A stretch of 62,000 nucleotides of DNA from Vicugna vicugna (lineage: Eukaryota). The notes beneath the pieces were generated by a model that saw only the letters and a list, made by a program, of their open reading frames with translations, searched no databases and was not told the origin of the DNA. Position 1 is the first letter of the stretch, and every line of letters begins with the position of its first letter. The stretch spans positions 2,084,948-2,146,947 of the forward strand of contig MU057651.1 in assembly GCA_013265495.1 (NCBI GenBank), given 5' to 3'. A program made the translations under genes and the position numbers. Shown here piece by piece: positions 24,101-37,898 of this stretch.

Positions 24101-26039
24101 AAGGAAAGAAAAAGAAATAACATTGTCAACTGATCATTGTACCCTCTGACGCTCTGACATACCGTCCAGCTCAAATAACCCTCAGAAGTTGGTTTCATAA
24201 TTGTCCGTCTCTGAGACCAACAAGTCTGAAGTCACAGAGGGAGACGGCAGGTGAGTTTCTCGGGGTAACACAGCGAGTGAGAGGCTGGTATCCAGGCTGG
24301 ACCCAAACTGAGGACATCAACCCAGTGGCATCTGTCCTTATAATGGCAGGGAAATGAGCTGTATCACATTTTTAACCAAACAAATATCACTCAGTTGAAG
24401 GGACCTGATGTGTTTTAGAGACGAAATAGCAAATCTCACAGTCAGTCTGTGCTGCCTCCATCATTACGTCCATTTTATGGCTGAGAATCCTGAGATGCAG
24501 AGACAATATTGTTAAATTTTACCCAGTTACTAAGTAAGTGGTCCAAATTCACATTTCTTTGACTCTTTTCTACTACATGCTATTTTATGTTCTTTTTTTG
24601 TTTAGTAGCTCAAATCCTCAATACTTAATTTTTTGCTTCAAAGCTGTCAAAAACTTATACAAAACGAAATTGTTATTTCCTCATAAGTTGTACAAAGAAT
24701 TAGGCACCAAAGGATTACAGACACTGTCAGAAGTGAACTCAGTGTGTAGACTTGAGGAAGTTCATTGTCTTCTTAATTGAGTATTCTGGAAAATGTCTGA
24801 ATTGTGCAGTGCTTCCCGGAACCGATATTTCATTTGGTTCTGGTTCGTTGTGAGATACATTTAATCTTATTTTCTCTTCTTTAGAAAAGCAATATAATTC
24901 ATGCACTGATGGTTAAGGGAGGGGAAAAAAGAACTTCCATCCCAGAACAGGTGTTAAATTAGCCACAAGAGAACTCTCATGTTGTTTCCCAAATGTAATA
25001 CATTAAAATGAGAAGGACTGCAAATTACAAAGGGAAATGCTTTTTATAAACTCCCAGTCTCCAGTCTAAATTAATAGCTGCTAGGTTCATGGGGGTCCCA
25101 GAAGAAGAAAAGTTGGATTTGTTTAGAAGTGACTTGAATAATCATCTCCATCATGTTCCAGGGGAAAAAAGCATGTTGATGACCAAGGGTCACCAATGTT
25201 CCCAGTTACAAGAAGCAAACAGAAAGGACAATCAGAGCTAAGGAGGGAGGGGGTTGAAAGGGAACACAGATAATGGAGTTGGCCCTGGAAAGTCTGCATT
25301 TGTGGATGGAAACAGGGACAGGCAATAATCCAGGAGGAGAACTCAGTTCATTACAAGAAAGACATGATGACTTCTACTCTGGACCAATTAGCATTGGATG
25401 AGGACTATTTCTCCCCTTAGAGAGCTGAAGGTCTCCTGCATTCCAATTCAGTACAGTGGGCTTCATTTTGGGGGAACAGGGAGGCAGAAATGGGAGGTGG
25501 GGGTGGGAATAAGCACTTCTCCAAATAAAATGACCCATAGACAGATTTTACATGAAAAGAGAAAAATAGCAAATTAGCTGATTCCATTACTCAGTAACAG
25601 AGAACATCAGCAAATATGACTGAGCTTGTTATACTGAAGTAACAAACGATTTCTGCTCATGGACTATTCATCAGAACCTTCAGAGATGTTGTCGGCATCG
25701 TCCACATGGGAATCCCCAAGGCAGAGGAGTTGTGTGCACTCAAGTTGAAATGGTCTGGTCTGCACCCCACGCAGGGCCATTTGACTCCCAGAGTCTTCTC
25801 TTAACCCCTCTGGTTACTTCCCTCTCTTGGAGGAGTTGGCAGACAAAAGAAGGAGGAAGATCACTAGAGGATCACAGAATAGCAGGAATGTCTCCTGCAG
25901 GACAGCATGGATTGGCATCGTGTGCTCAAGGAGATGCCGGATAACAGTCACTGGGGAGAAATCACCAGGGAACTTGCAGTGGGAGGAGCAGCAAAACAAC
26001 TGGGAGGGAACAGATCCTGGAAAGTGCTCTAAGGTTTGC

Positions 26040-26428
26040 AGCAGTCAGCTCTTGCTGCATAACAAACAGACTCAGAATCTCAATCGCATACAAATCTAAG
26101 CATTCATTTCTTTCCCACGTGTCAGTGGAATGGACCCTCTTCCACATGTCTTTTACCTTCCAGGCAGGACCAGGGCTACTAGACCCTGTTCTTTCCAGGG
26201 CCAGGGCAGAAGCTCACAAGAGCTTGCAGGCACAACAGAAGCCCCTGCCTGAGTCCAGTCGACTGTGACCCCAGTTGCCAAAACTAATCACAAGGCTCAG
26301 CCCAAAGCTGAGGGGAATGGGATAAAGTAGGCTTTGCCTTTGTGGTAGGAATACCAAGGCGAAAAGAGCAAAGGATGTGGATACAGTGAGGTGTGAAGAA
26401 TTGGGGCCAATAATCTAACCGGTCACAG
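26040..26428 (-). mobile_element. MaLR LTR (MLT1H/I/J-like)
   Basis: CAGCTCTTGCTGCATAACAAAC...ATCACAAGGCTCAGCCCAAAG...GCAAAGGATGTGGATACAG...GAAGAATTGGGGCCAATAAT...CACA. Confidence 0.65.
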
Positions 26429-26704
26429 CATTTAGAAGAATTTGACTTTATAAGGAAGTTTCTGGGGAACCATTGCCAGCTGGGAATAACTTTTTCCCTT
26501 TCCTCAAAAATGGGGGGAACTGGAGAAAGAAGGGTTCCCCTCTGGCTGAGAAGGACGGATGATTGATGCATGTGCTTACTCGATCAGATGGCTTCTGTGA
26601 TCTGGTACCAAACATTCGTCAGGTCTGACTTCTGCAAATATGTGAGTGTATACATTTTCCTGTTTACATATACAGTTGTTCAAAGAAAAAACAAACAAAC
26701 AAAC

Positions 26705-27262
26705 AAAAACCCTAGGAAGTCAAAAAGCCACCTGCACCCCAATGTTCACAGCAGCGCTATTTACAATAGCCAAGACATGGAAACAGCCTAAATGTCCATT
26801 GACAGATGACTGGATAAAGAAGCTGTGGTGTGTTTATACAATGGAACACTACTCAGCCATAAAAAAGAATGAAATAATGCCATTTGCAGGAACCTGGATG
26901 GACCCAGAGATCATCATATTAAGTAAAGTAAGTCAGAAAGAGAAAGAAAAATACTGTTTGATATCACTCATATGTGGAATCTAAAAAACATGACACAAAT
27001 GGTGAAGAACATAGTTACAAAACATAGACTCATAGACATAGAAAACAAATTTATGGTTACCAAAGGGGAAAGTCGGTGGGGAGGAGGGACAAGTTTGGGG
27101 TTAAAATATACATACTACTGTATATAAAATAGATAAACAACAAGGACCTACCGTAGAGCACAGGGCACTGTATTCAATTCTTGTAATAACCTACCATTCA
27201 CTATGCCGTACACCAAAAATTAACACAGCATTGTAAATCAACTGTACTTCAATGAAAAAAAA
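26705..27262 (+). mobile_element. 5'-truncated L1 (ORF2 C-terminus plus 3'UTR)
   Basis: ORF 26646-26984 ends TCTPMFTAALFTIAKTWKQPKCPLTDDWIKKLW...SLICGI*, followed by the 3'UTR and A-tail. Confidence 0.93.
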
Positions 27263-29279
27263 TCTAGGTTGGATAGATGACGAAAGAAAGAACTGGGATC
27301 AGATTTCACACTTGCTCAAAATGAGGCAAAATATTTCGGTCTTTCTAAGTGTGTTTTCATACTTTTATTGAACAGGCAACTGTTTAAGTTACCACCTGAC
27401 TAACTTTTATTCAGTATGCACATTTCTATTTCATAACTGTGTGTAATCCTGTGACAGGTCTTTAAATTGACGGGAGCAGTTTTACAGCTGGTACCCGGCT
27501 TCATCCAGCATCTGAGCATGCTCCATTTACCGGAATATGTATAAGCATACCTGTTTGAAATAGACCGTTAAATTCATTTCTCTGGCCTTTGAAGTCACAT
27601 ATCTGAGCACTTAACCTCCCTGAGCCTCAGTTTCTTTCTCCCGAATACCGACATTATAAGGAAATCGGGAGTGTTAAAAGAAAATGGGTAGCCAGGATCC
27701 AGCCTGCCACAGCACCTTCCACAAATGCAAACTGTGTTTATCATTATTATAGGGTACCACTCGGTTAAAAGGGGACACACGATTACACCACATCAAAGGT
27801 TTCTCCAGATGGGAACGAGTCGCTGTCAATCCTTCTGAAAAATACAACCATCAGGAGGAAAATTGCTTTGTTTCTTAAGAATCAGTGACTCAAGGAACCA
27901 GTTTAAAAAAAAAAACTACTGCATTTTCTCCTTCTGGTTCAGTTTAAATTTAGCTCTGCTTTGTGAAGACTTAAAGTTATTACTTCCTGGTGGCCTGCAG
28001 TTAAAAAAAAAAAAAAGAAAGGTGGTCATCTCCATCAAGGGCTGTCGGGTCCAGTAAAAAGAATGTCTTTAGTTGAGGGCACCCCTCACATCCCCTGTGA
28101 CAGATGAAGAATGTCCTAAGCAGGCTGATGTCTGGTCCATGGCATCTTCAGAGCAGGAGGAACAGGGAGAGGTTTCACACCACTTTTCTGTGTCACTCCC
28201 TTCTTTCAATACAGCAAATGAAAAATCTCCCTCTGGAACGTCAATGGTCTAGGTAACCTCTGGCTATTAGGTTCATATTGTGCCAAGAGAGGGTCCATGA
28301 CCATAAATATGGCCCTTATTTGGCAAAGTTTCCATCACATGCATTTGCATGTTGTGTCTACTCTGACGTTTCCCGTCCCTTCCAACATTAAAGCATAAAA
28401 CACTGAATCACCCCCCGCCAGAAAGGAAAAGAAACAATGTGTGGGGCTTTATCTCTCAAACACAAGAGTCTTTACATTTCTCTCAAGATCTCCCATGAAT
28501 TGTTTGAGCAACTCTCCCAGATAGGTTTGCTTTACCCAGTGGGAAGGAAATATCTGGGTTTTTTTTTAAATTATACTGGAGAATAAGACTATCTTTTGTC
28601 CAGATTTTTCTTACAAATGTATCATTGTTGTGGTTGAATATTTGGGCAGTGCATTCATCATTTTTTGCACTGGACAAAAGCCAAGATAATTGGCAAATTT
28701 ATTGGATGCCAACATCGCAGATGATCTTAATAGACCATGTGATGAAAACGAACAAGGATGAAATTCTCTGCACCAGTAAGGCAGAAGGACCTGGCTTGTC
28801 TGTCTCCTTGCACCTAGTTGAAAACACCTGTAATGCTTCTTACATCTATTGCTGCACCACCAAGCAGAGGAAGTGAGATGAGCACAACAAGACTAGGTCC
28901 ACTGGGGATGCCCACCAGACAGATCACTAAGACCGCTTTAGGAGGGCAAGCCATGGAGGCTCCACCCAAGAAATGCTCAACCACAAATCAGAAAGCACGC
29001 CAGGAATATTCAGGTAAAGCAAAGCCAGCTTCAACAGCATCAGTACGGGGGTGCCAAGGCTGCAGACATGGATGGAAGTAACGAGGAGAGAGGAGACTTC
29101 ATGCCAGAGCTCAGGGCAGGTCGCAGGAAGGCACGGTTGGTTCGAGCCCAAGCTTGTGAGCATGGCCATCGTTCAACAGCATCTCATGTTTGAGAGGCTC
29201 CTATGATTCGGAGGGGAGACTGCAAAGGTCATTCCATTCTGTTGAATCATTACAAATAGACTGTTGGTTGAGTCCCATA

Positions 29280-29452
29280 GAGTCTTCTAGAAAGACAGAC
29301 ATGACAATCTTAAGTGACATCCCCTTTGCCATATTTTATTGGAGAAAAGTAAGTCACGGACAGTACCCGGACTCGACGGTGAAAGAGTAACAAAGGAGTG
29401 AGACCCAGGAGGTCGAGAACATTGGGAGGTACCACAGAGCCTGTCAGCCACC
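29280..29452 (-). mobile_element. MaLR LTR fragment (MLT1E/F/G-like)
   Basis: TGCCATATTTTATTGG..AAAGTAAGTCAC...CCCAGGAGGTCGAGAACATTGGGAGG...AGAGCCTGTCAGCCAC. Confidence 0.55.
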
Positions 29453-29691
29453 TGGCCTTTCTTAACTGGGGAGGGATGGGAAAGGGAAATCCCACGACAG
29501 CTGAGCAAGATCCAAAATTGTCTGCCACTCCTGCCCTATTCTACTGCTTCTTCAACTCATTCTAAGAAAGATCTCTGTACTATCATGTCTTAGAAGAGAC
29601 TCCATGGAGGGCAGAGGGTTACCCCGAGGTTGCAAGCAGAGGTAGGACAGTTGATGGGTTAGGAGACCTGCTACCTGAATACACTACATGA

Positions 29692-30212
29692 TTTTTTTTA
29701 AATTAAAGTACAGTCAGTTACAATGTTGTGTCAGTTTCTGGTGCACATCACCATGTCTCAGTCATATATATATATACATATATTCCTTTTCAGATTCTTT
29801 GTCATTATAGGTGACTACAAGATATTGAATATAGTTCCCTGTGCTGTACAGAAAAAAAACTTGTTTATGTATTTTATATATAGTGGTTAATATCTGCAAA
29901 TCTCAAAATCCCAATTTATCCCTTCTCACCCCCTTTCCCACTGGTAACCATAAGTTTGTTTACTATGTGAGTCTGTCTCTATTTTGTAAGTAACTCTGTT
30001 TTTCCTTTTTTAAGATTCCACATATGAGTGATCTCATGTGGTATTTTTCTTTCCTGGCTGACTTCACTTAGAAGGACGATCTCCAGGTCCATCCATGTTG
30101 CTGCAAATGGCATTATGTTATTCTCTTTTATGGCTGAGTAGTATTCCATTGTATAAATAGACCATAGCTTCTTTATCCAGTCATCTGCCAATAGACATTT
30201 AGGCTGTTTCCA
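29692..30212 (-). mobile_element. 5'-truncated L1 3' end
   Basis: Antisense ORF reads WKQPKCLLADDWIKKLWSIYTMEYYSAIKENNIMPFAATWMDLE; poly-T tail at 29692. Confidence 0.93.
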
Positions 30213-31419
30213 CTCTACATGGACTTCTGATATCCAGTTTCTAATACAGAACACTGGAATGGACATTAACATTAGGCATACCTACTGTTTGCCAGACAAC
30301 ATTATAGATGCTTTACATAATTTTTTTTTAGTTAAATAATGATGCAACTCCATAATAGAAAAGAGAAAGACTGCATTTTACAGGAAAGAGAAAGAGTATG
30401 CAGAGAGAAAAAAGGATCTTTTGCAAGATTCTGTATCTAGAGACAGAGCTGGGATTTAACCAGAGCCAGGCAAGCTTTCTGTTTCATTTCATGAGAGGGT
30501 TGGTCTGATTCGCTTCACCTCCCAAGCTACCTTATAACCCTAGTACATGAGGAACGGTGGTGCGCAGTCAGCACATGAACTTGATTTAGTTTGGCCTTTT
30601 TCATTAGTGACTAATCACATTACCCAATGAGTCAGAAAGGAATGTAAATAAAGCAGGCGTTTCCCTGGAACCATCTCCTCATGGTAACTTGACCGCAGGG
30701 GAATAAGAGAGCCAAAGCTGTTAAAAAAAAAAAAAACAGCTTTGGAGAGAGAAATAAAATATTACACCAACTTAGTAAAACTGGTGCCTTCTCCTGGCTC
30801 CCAACTATTCTTAAGTCAAGACGATGGAAGCTAACAGGAGTTGGGAGGAGCAACATGAAAAAGAAAAACGTCGCTCGCTAGCAGGGATGGGAGTGCAGAA
30901 TTACCAAATATCTAGGTTCCCCCAGAATCAACAGAGAATCTCTACTCAGCTCTCCAAATCCCAGGGCTTCCTTGAAGTTAGAAACTGAAATGTCTTGAGA
31001 AGTACGGTGTGGCTCTGCTGGCTGGAGGGGCTTTGGACATTCCTTGAAATCCTCCCTATGGACCCCTGATTTCTAGAGGAGTTGTCAAGAACAGAAGAAC
31101 AAAGAAGGAAAAATCTTAAGGGAGTATAGAGTCTCTCTTTAGCCATGTTCATAAAAACCAAAAACAGCCAACTGTTTAGAGAGGGGAGAGTTTTAAGACA
31201 GAGATGCTCATTATGACCAAGAAAGCAGAGAAGGCAGGGAAGATGGGACGGGCAGACTCAGCCTTCAGAAGAGAGCGGCAGTGTGGCCGAGCATGCACCT
31301 CCCTCAGTTCTCCTAACTCCAGTCTAGAGTTATCCATAGTCCCCCGTCCTCCTCTTCAGTTGATACATGTTAGGGGATTTTATTGGTTAGACACTACTTT
31401 TTTTTCTAAGTAGCTTCTT

Positions 31420-32028
31420 GATTTTTCTTAAACTTGAAGTATAGTTGATTGACAATGTTGTGTTAATTTCTGGTATATAGCAAAGTGATTCGCTTACACG
31501 TATACATATATTCCTTTTCATATTCTTTTTCATTAGAGGCTATTCTGACACACTGAATATAGTTCCCTGTGCTGCACAGTAGGACTTTGTTGTTTATCTA
31601 TTTTATATGTAGTAGTTGTATCTGCAAATCCTGAACTCCAATTTATCCCTCTCCACCCTCTTTCCCCCTGGTAACCGTAAGTTTGTTTTTTATGTCTGTT
31701 AGCCTGTTTCTGTTTTGTAAGTAAGTTCATTTGTGTCATTTTCACGTCCACATTTAAGTAATATCATATACTATTTGTCTTTGTCTGTCTGGCTTACTTC
31801 ACTTAGTATGATCATCTCCAGGTCTATCCATGTTGCTGCAAATGGCAATTTTCACTCTTTTTTATGGCTGAGTAGTATTCCACTGTGTATATATACCACA
31901 GCTTCTTTACCCAGTCATCTACTGATGGACATTTAGGTTGTTTCCATGTCTTGGCTACTGTAAACAGTGCTGCTGTGAACACTGGGGTGCATGTATCTTT
32001 CTGAATTAAGAGTTCCCTCTGGATATAA
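31420..32028 (-). mobile_element. 5'-truncated L1 3' end
   Basis: Antisense ORF reads KDTCTPVFTAALFTVAKTWKQPKCPSVDDWVKKLWYIYTVEYYSAIKK; 3'UTR motifs present. Confidence 0.93.
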
Positions 32029-35000
32029 GTTTTCATGTATTTGTAATGCAGTTAGAATGCCTTGTCACATTCTGCAGTCCACTGCAGTCCAGTGATCTCC
32101 TAAGTGATTTTTAAAATTTTCCTAATTCAGGTTCACTTATTATGCTGTCAATATGTGTAAGTTTTCACAAGTGCACAATGTCCCGTCCACCATTACAGTA
32201 TTATAGAGAATAGTTTCACCACTCTAAAAAAATCCCTCGTGCTTCATTTATTTTATACCCCACTTCTCTCTTACTTCCCCAAACTTCTAACAATCACTGA
32301 TTATTTCCTGTCTTTGGTTTTGATCCTTTAATGGCATTTGATTGGAATCATGTACCATGAAGTTTTTCAGATTGTCTTCCTCAATCTTTCGGATTCATCC
32401 AGGTCTTTTTACTACTCAATAGCTCATTTCTCTTCTTTCACTGAATGACATTCCACAGAGTGGATGTGCCACCATATTTTTATCCATTCACCAACCAAAG
32501 GACATCTTGATTGCTTCCAGTTTTTTGATTATAAATAAAATTGCTATAAACAGCCTTGAGCGAGTGTTTTGCATGGACATAAATATTTAAATCAGTTGGA
32601 TTAAAAACCTGGGGTATGATTGCGGGCTTACAGGGTAAGCCTACACTGAGCCTTGTAAGAAACTGCCAGACAGTCTTGCAAAGTAGTGGTACCGCCTGCA
32701 TTTCCACCAGAAATGAATGAGAGTTCCTGCTGATTCATAACTTGAGTAACATTTGGTATCGTTGGATTTTTGGATGACAGGCAGTGGTAGGATCACATTG
32801 TTGTTTTAATTGGCAATTCTCTCCTGAAAAATGACAGCGAGCAGACCTTTGTGTGCTGATTTGCCGTCTGTGTGTTGTATTTGATGAGGTGTTCAGATCT
32901 TTTATTCGTTAATTGGGCTGTTTGATTTGTTACTGTTGAGTTTTAAGGATTTTTTTTTTGCATATTTTGGATACAAGACATTATCAGACATGTGTTTGGC
33001 AAATATTTTCTCCCAATATATAATAAGTCTTTTAATTCTGTTAATAGTGGCCTTCATGGAATAGAAGTTTTTATTTTTAATAACATCTGACTAAGCCATA
33101 TTTTCTGCATGGATGGGCTTTGCATGTTACATCAAAATATTCACCACCCAACCTGTCTTTTCTTCTAAACACTTCATGGGTTTGTATTGTACATTTAAGT
33201 CCATGATCCACTTTAAGTTAATTTTTGTGAAGGGTCTGAAGTCTGTGTCTTGAGTTACCTTCTTGCACGGGGATGTCCCGTTGCCCAGCATCATTTGTTG
33301 AAGGGAGTGTCTTGGCTCCTTTGTCAAACATCGGTTGACTAGATCGGTTCTGGTCCATTTCAGGGCTCTTTGTTCTGTTCCACTGACCTCTTTGTCTACA
33401 CTTCCGTCAACACCACACTGCCCTAGCTGTCATTGCATTATAGAAGGTCTTTAAGTCAAGTGGTGTGAGATATTGCACTCCATTCTTAATCTGTACGACT
33501 TGGTTGCATTTTCCTATGAAGTTTAGAATCAGTTTGTCAATGTCTCCAGAGTAGCTTGCTAGAATTTTGATTAGGGTTGCATTTAATCTACAGATCAACT
33601 TGGAAATCATTGGCCTGGTAATATTGAGTCACCCAGTCCATGAACATCAGATACCCATCCACTTGAACTGAGATCTTGCTTGATTTCTGTCCTTAGAGAG
33701 TTTCAGGTTTCTGCATATAGATCCTATGCAGATTTTGTTAGATCTAGACTTAAATATTTCATTTTGGGGCTCTATTGTCTTTTTTTAATTTCCAATTCCA
33801 ATTGTTCATTGCCGGTATATAGAAAATTGGCTTTTATATATTAATCTTATATCCTGCAACCTTGATATAATCACTTACAATTCCAAGAAATTTTTGTCAA
33901 CTCTATGTAGACAATCATGTCATCTAAGAATAAAGATTTTTATTTCTTTCTTTCCAATCTGTGTGTTCTTTTAATTTCCTATTCTTGTCTTCTGGTAGGT
34001 AAGGGCTTCTGGTATAATGTCAAATATGAGCAGTGCTCTTTGAGCTTTTTATACTCTTAACTGCATCACTTCCATTCTAGGACAGAGGTAGACGTATGCT
34101 AATGACAGTCCACCAAGTTATCCAAGAATCACAAACATTTAGGTTGTTTCCATGTCTTGGCTACTGTAAACAGTGCTGCTGTGAACACTGGGGTGCATGT
34201 ATCTTTCTGAATTAAGAGTTCCCTCTGGATATAAGTTTTCATGTATTTGTAATGCAGTTAGAATGCCTTGTCACATTCTGCAGTCCATTCCTGTGATCTC
34301 CTAAGTGATTTTTAAAATTTTCCTAATTCAGGTTCACTTATTATGCTGTCAATATGTGTAAGTTTTCACAAGTGCACAATGTCCCATCCACCATTACAGC
34401 ATTATAGAGAATAGTTTCGCCACCCTAAAAAATCCCCCGTGCTTCATTTATTTTATACCCTACTTTTCTCTTACTTCCCCAAACTTCCAACAATCACTGA
34501 TTATTTTCTGTCTTTGGTTTTGATCCTTTAATGACATTTGATTGGAATCATGTACCATGAAGTTTTTCAGATTGTCTTCCTCAATCTTTCGGATTCATCC
34601 AGGTCTTTTTACTACTCAATAGCTCATTTCTCTTCTTTCACTGAATGACATTCCACAGAGTGCATGTGCCACCATATCCTGAAAAATGACAGCGAGCAGA
34701 CCTTTGTGTGCTGATTTGCCGTCTGTGTGTTGTATTTGATGAGGTGTTCAGATCTTTTATTCGTTAATTGGGCTGTTTGATTTGTTACTGTTGAGTTTTA
34801 AGGATTTTTTTTTTGCATATTTTGGATACAAGACATTATCAGACATGTGTTTGGCAAATATTTTCTCCCAATATATAATAAGTCTTTTAATTCTGTTAAT
34901 AGTGGCCTTCATGGAATAGAAGTTTTTATTTTTAATAACATCTGACTAAGCCATATTTTCTGCATGGATGGGCTTTGCATGTTACATCAAAATATTCACC

Positions 35001-36337
35001 ACCCAACCTGTCTTTTCTTCTAAACACTTCATGGGTTTGTATTGTACATTTAAGATGTGTGCTGATTTGCCGTCTGTGTGTTGTATTTGATGAGGTGTTC
35101 AGATCTTTTATTCATTAATTGGACTGTTTGATTTGTTATTGTTGAGTTTTAAGGATTTTTTTTGCATATTTTGGATACAAGACATTATCAGACATGTGTT
35201 TGGCAAATATTTTCTCCCAATATATAATAAGTCTTTTAATTCTGTTAATAGTGGCCTTCATGGAATAGAAGTTTTTATTTTTAATAACATCTGACTAAGC
35301 CATATTTTCTGCATGGATGGGCTTTGCATGTTACATCAAAATATTCACCACCCAACCTGTCTTTTCTTCTAAACACTTCATGGGTTTGTATTGTACATTT
35401 AAGTCCATGATCCACTTTAAGTTAATTTTTGTGAAGGGTCTGAAGTCTGTGTCTTGAGTTACCTTCTTGCACGGGGATGTCCCGTTGCCCAGCATCATTT
35501 GTTGAAGGGAGTGTCTTGGCTCCTTTGTCAAACATCGGTTGACTAGATCGGTTCTGGTCCATTTCAGGGCTCTTTGTTCTGTTCCACTGACCTCTTTGTC
35601 TACACTTCCGTCAACACCACACTGCCCTAGCTGTCATTGCATTATAGAAGGTCTTTAAGTCAAGTGGTGTGAGATATTGCACTCCATTCTTAATCTGTAC
35701 GACTTGGTTGCATTTTCCTATGAAGTTTAGAATCAGTTTGTCAATGTCTCCAGAGTAGCTTGCTAGAATTTTGATTAGGGTTGCATTTAATCTACAGATC
35801 AACTTGGAAATCATTGGCCTGGTAATATTGAGTCACCCAGTCCATGAACATCAGATACCCATCCACTTGAACTGAGATCTTGCTTGATTTCTGTCCTTAG
35901 AGAGTTTCAGGTTTCTGCATATAGATCCTATGCAGATTTTGTTAGATCTAGACTTAAATATTTCATTTTGGGGCTCTATTGTCTTTTTTTAATTTCCAAT
36001 TCCAATTGTTCATTGCCGGTATATAGAAAATTGGCTTTTATATATTAATCTTATATCCTGCAACCTTGATATAATCACTTACAATTCCAAGAAATTTTTG
36101 TCAACTCTATGTAGACAATCATGTCATCTAAGAATAAAGATTTTTATTTCTTTCTTTCCAATCTGTGTGTTCTTTTAATTTCCTATTCTTGTCTTCTGGT
36201 AGGTAAGGGCTTCTGGTATAATGTCAAATATGAGCAGTGCTCTTTGAGCTTTTTATACTCTTAACTGCATCACTTCCATTCTAGGACAGAGGTAGACGTA
36301 TGCTAATGACAGTCCACCAAGTTATCCAAGAATCACA
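31929..36337. repeat. Tandem direct duplication of about 2.2 kb (copy 1 31929-34133, copy 2 34135-36337)
   Basis: Both copies start ACATTTAGGTTGTTTCCATGTCTTGG and end GTTATCCAAGAATCACA. Identical ORFs are offset by 2204 nt (33127/35331 and 33407/35611). Confidence 0.95.
32120..34035 (-). mobile_element. Old degenerate L1 (ORF2 3' half plus 3'UTR); a rearranged second copy lies at about 34320-36240
   Basis: Antisense peptides such as PFTKINLKWIMDLNV, DIDKLILNFIGK, LDLKTFYNAM and LCKTVWQFL resemble L1 ORF2. Confidence 0.85.
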
Positions 36338-37744
36338 CTTTTGAAATTCATCTCCCAGCTCCTTCTTCGGCCCCACTGTCTTTCTATTTGCCACGTTAAA
36401 TCCTGGATTGAGTATCGCTGATCAGCTTGAACTCACCCTACGCAAAGGCAAATTGCATTTTCTAATAGTCACTTCAGAAAAGGGAAGAGTTCACTGGCAG
36501 TGATTGATAAACAAGAAAGAAGGGGAGATAGTCTTGGATTCTGGGTGTCTGAATGAGAGCCAAATTATCCGTATGTAAGAGAGAGGAGCTGGTTGGGACG
36601 AACTTGGGAAGGAAGAAATGAGAGACAGTAGATAGAGAAAAATGAAGTAACAGCAGAGACAAGGTGCACATTCCTTAAATTTCACTTGGGGAGGATGGAT
36701 GAGGAACCCAGGCTTGCTTTTCTCTCTTTCCCTCTTATGGAAGGAGTGTTCTAACTTGAGGCAGCAATAAATTGTCTTCCTGCCTGCATCCCCCACTCTG
36801 TGACCTTGAACATGTTCTAAGGCTGTCGTTGAGAATTCCTCTGAACGAAAACATCAGCGATCAAGATGGCCATGTACACATTCACACGATGATCCTGAAT
36901 CCAAAGAAAACAAGGCTTAAGTGAGATGTTACCGAATTTAGAGGCAGAAAGATATTCATAAGAAAACAAGTGTGTTAACAATGAAGGTGTTAGAAACGGA
37001 GGACCAGGATGGCAAACTTCGCAGAACTCACGCCTCTTTCTCTGGAGATGGCAGTACCATGGAGTTGAGCTCACCCTGGTTCTAGAAGAATATTTACACC
37101 TCCTAATAATGTGAAAGCATCAAGGGAGCCCAGCCACCGAAACCACCTTGGTCACTGGAAGCAGCCTCCTGATTGCGCAGACTTCTGCGTGCTGCCCACT
37201 GTCTCCAGAATCAAGGTACCAAAAATATACCCCAAGGAAAATTCAATCCTCTGGGCGTTTCAGATGAATAAACCGGTGTCTGTTGTATAAAATTCCTTTT
37301 CTTGGGAGTTTAGTTAACACCAGTAGACATCTTTCCATCTTGGTCAGTTTTAGGGTTCTGAGCATATTGGGCAGATAGAAGCCAATCCATGGGCTCAGTG
37401 AACACTGCAAGTGATGTGTCACATCTTGTACACAATATGGCCATTTCAGCCAGCCTTCCTTGTTGGGGGCCAGCCACATCACCTTCCCTAGGGATCAATA
37501 ATCCCACCGACTTAATTCTCTTACAAAAAAGATGGAGATGGTAACGTAAGAGATGTAAGAGTTCACTCCAGACCATTTCCTCCTGGGGAACAAGTCTTCC
37601 CCTGGTGAAGTGACCAGGTCTTTTCCAGGAGTGATGGTCCTGCATCCTTTCCCCCTGAGGCTGAGCAGAACACTCACCCACCTCCTGGCCTGAATCTCAG
37701 ACAAGAACCCTTGGTAAGGCAAGAATTGCATCAGAAGTGAATGC

Positions 37745-37898
37745 GGGAGGAGGGTATAGCTCAAAGGGGTAGAGCACATGCTTAGCACGCATGAGGTCCT
37801 GGGTTCAATCCCCAGTCCCTCCACTAAAATATAAATAAATAAACCTAATTACCTCCCTCCCTCCACCAAAGAAAAGAAAGCTAAAAAAAGAAAGAAAA
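37745..37898 (+). mobile_element. Camelid tRNA-derived SINE with TSD
   Basis: GGAGGGTATAGCTCAAAGGGGTAGAGCACATGCTTAGCACGCATGAGGTCCTGGGTTCAATCCCCAG. Flanked by AGAAGTGAATGC (37733-37744) and AGAAGTGAGTGT (37899-37910). Confidence 0.92.

Noticed and set aside
36817..37681. Cluster of minus-strand ORFs as a possible processed pseudogene
   Set aside because: No recognisable protein similarity, poly-A tail or TSD.
37745..37825. tRNA gene-like sequences (also 39831, 42280, 44677, 45640)
   Set aside because: They are SINE heads: diverged, followed by a shared non-tRNA tail and A-rich end, one with a TSD.
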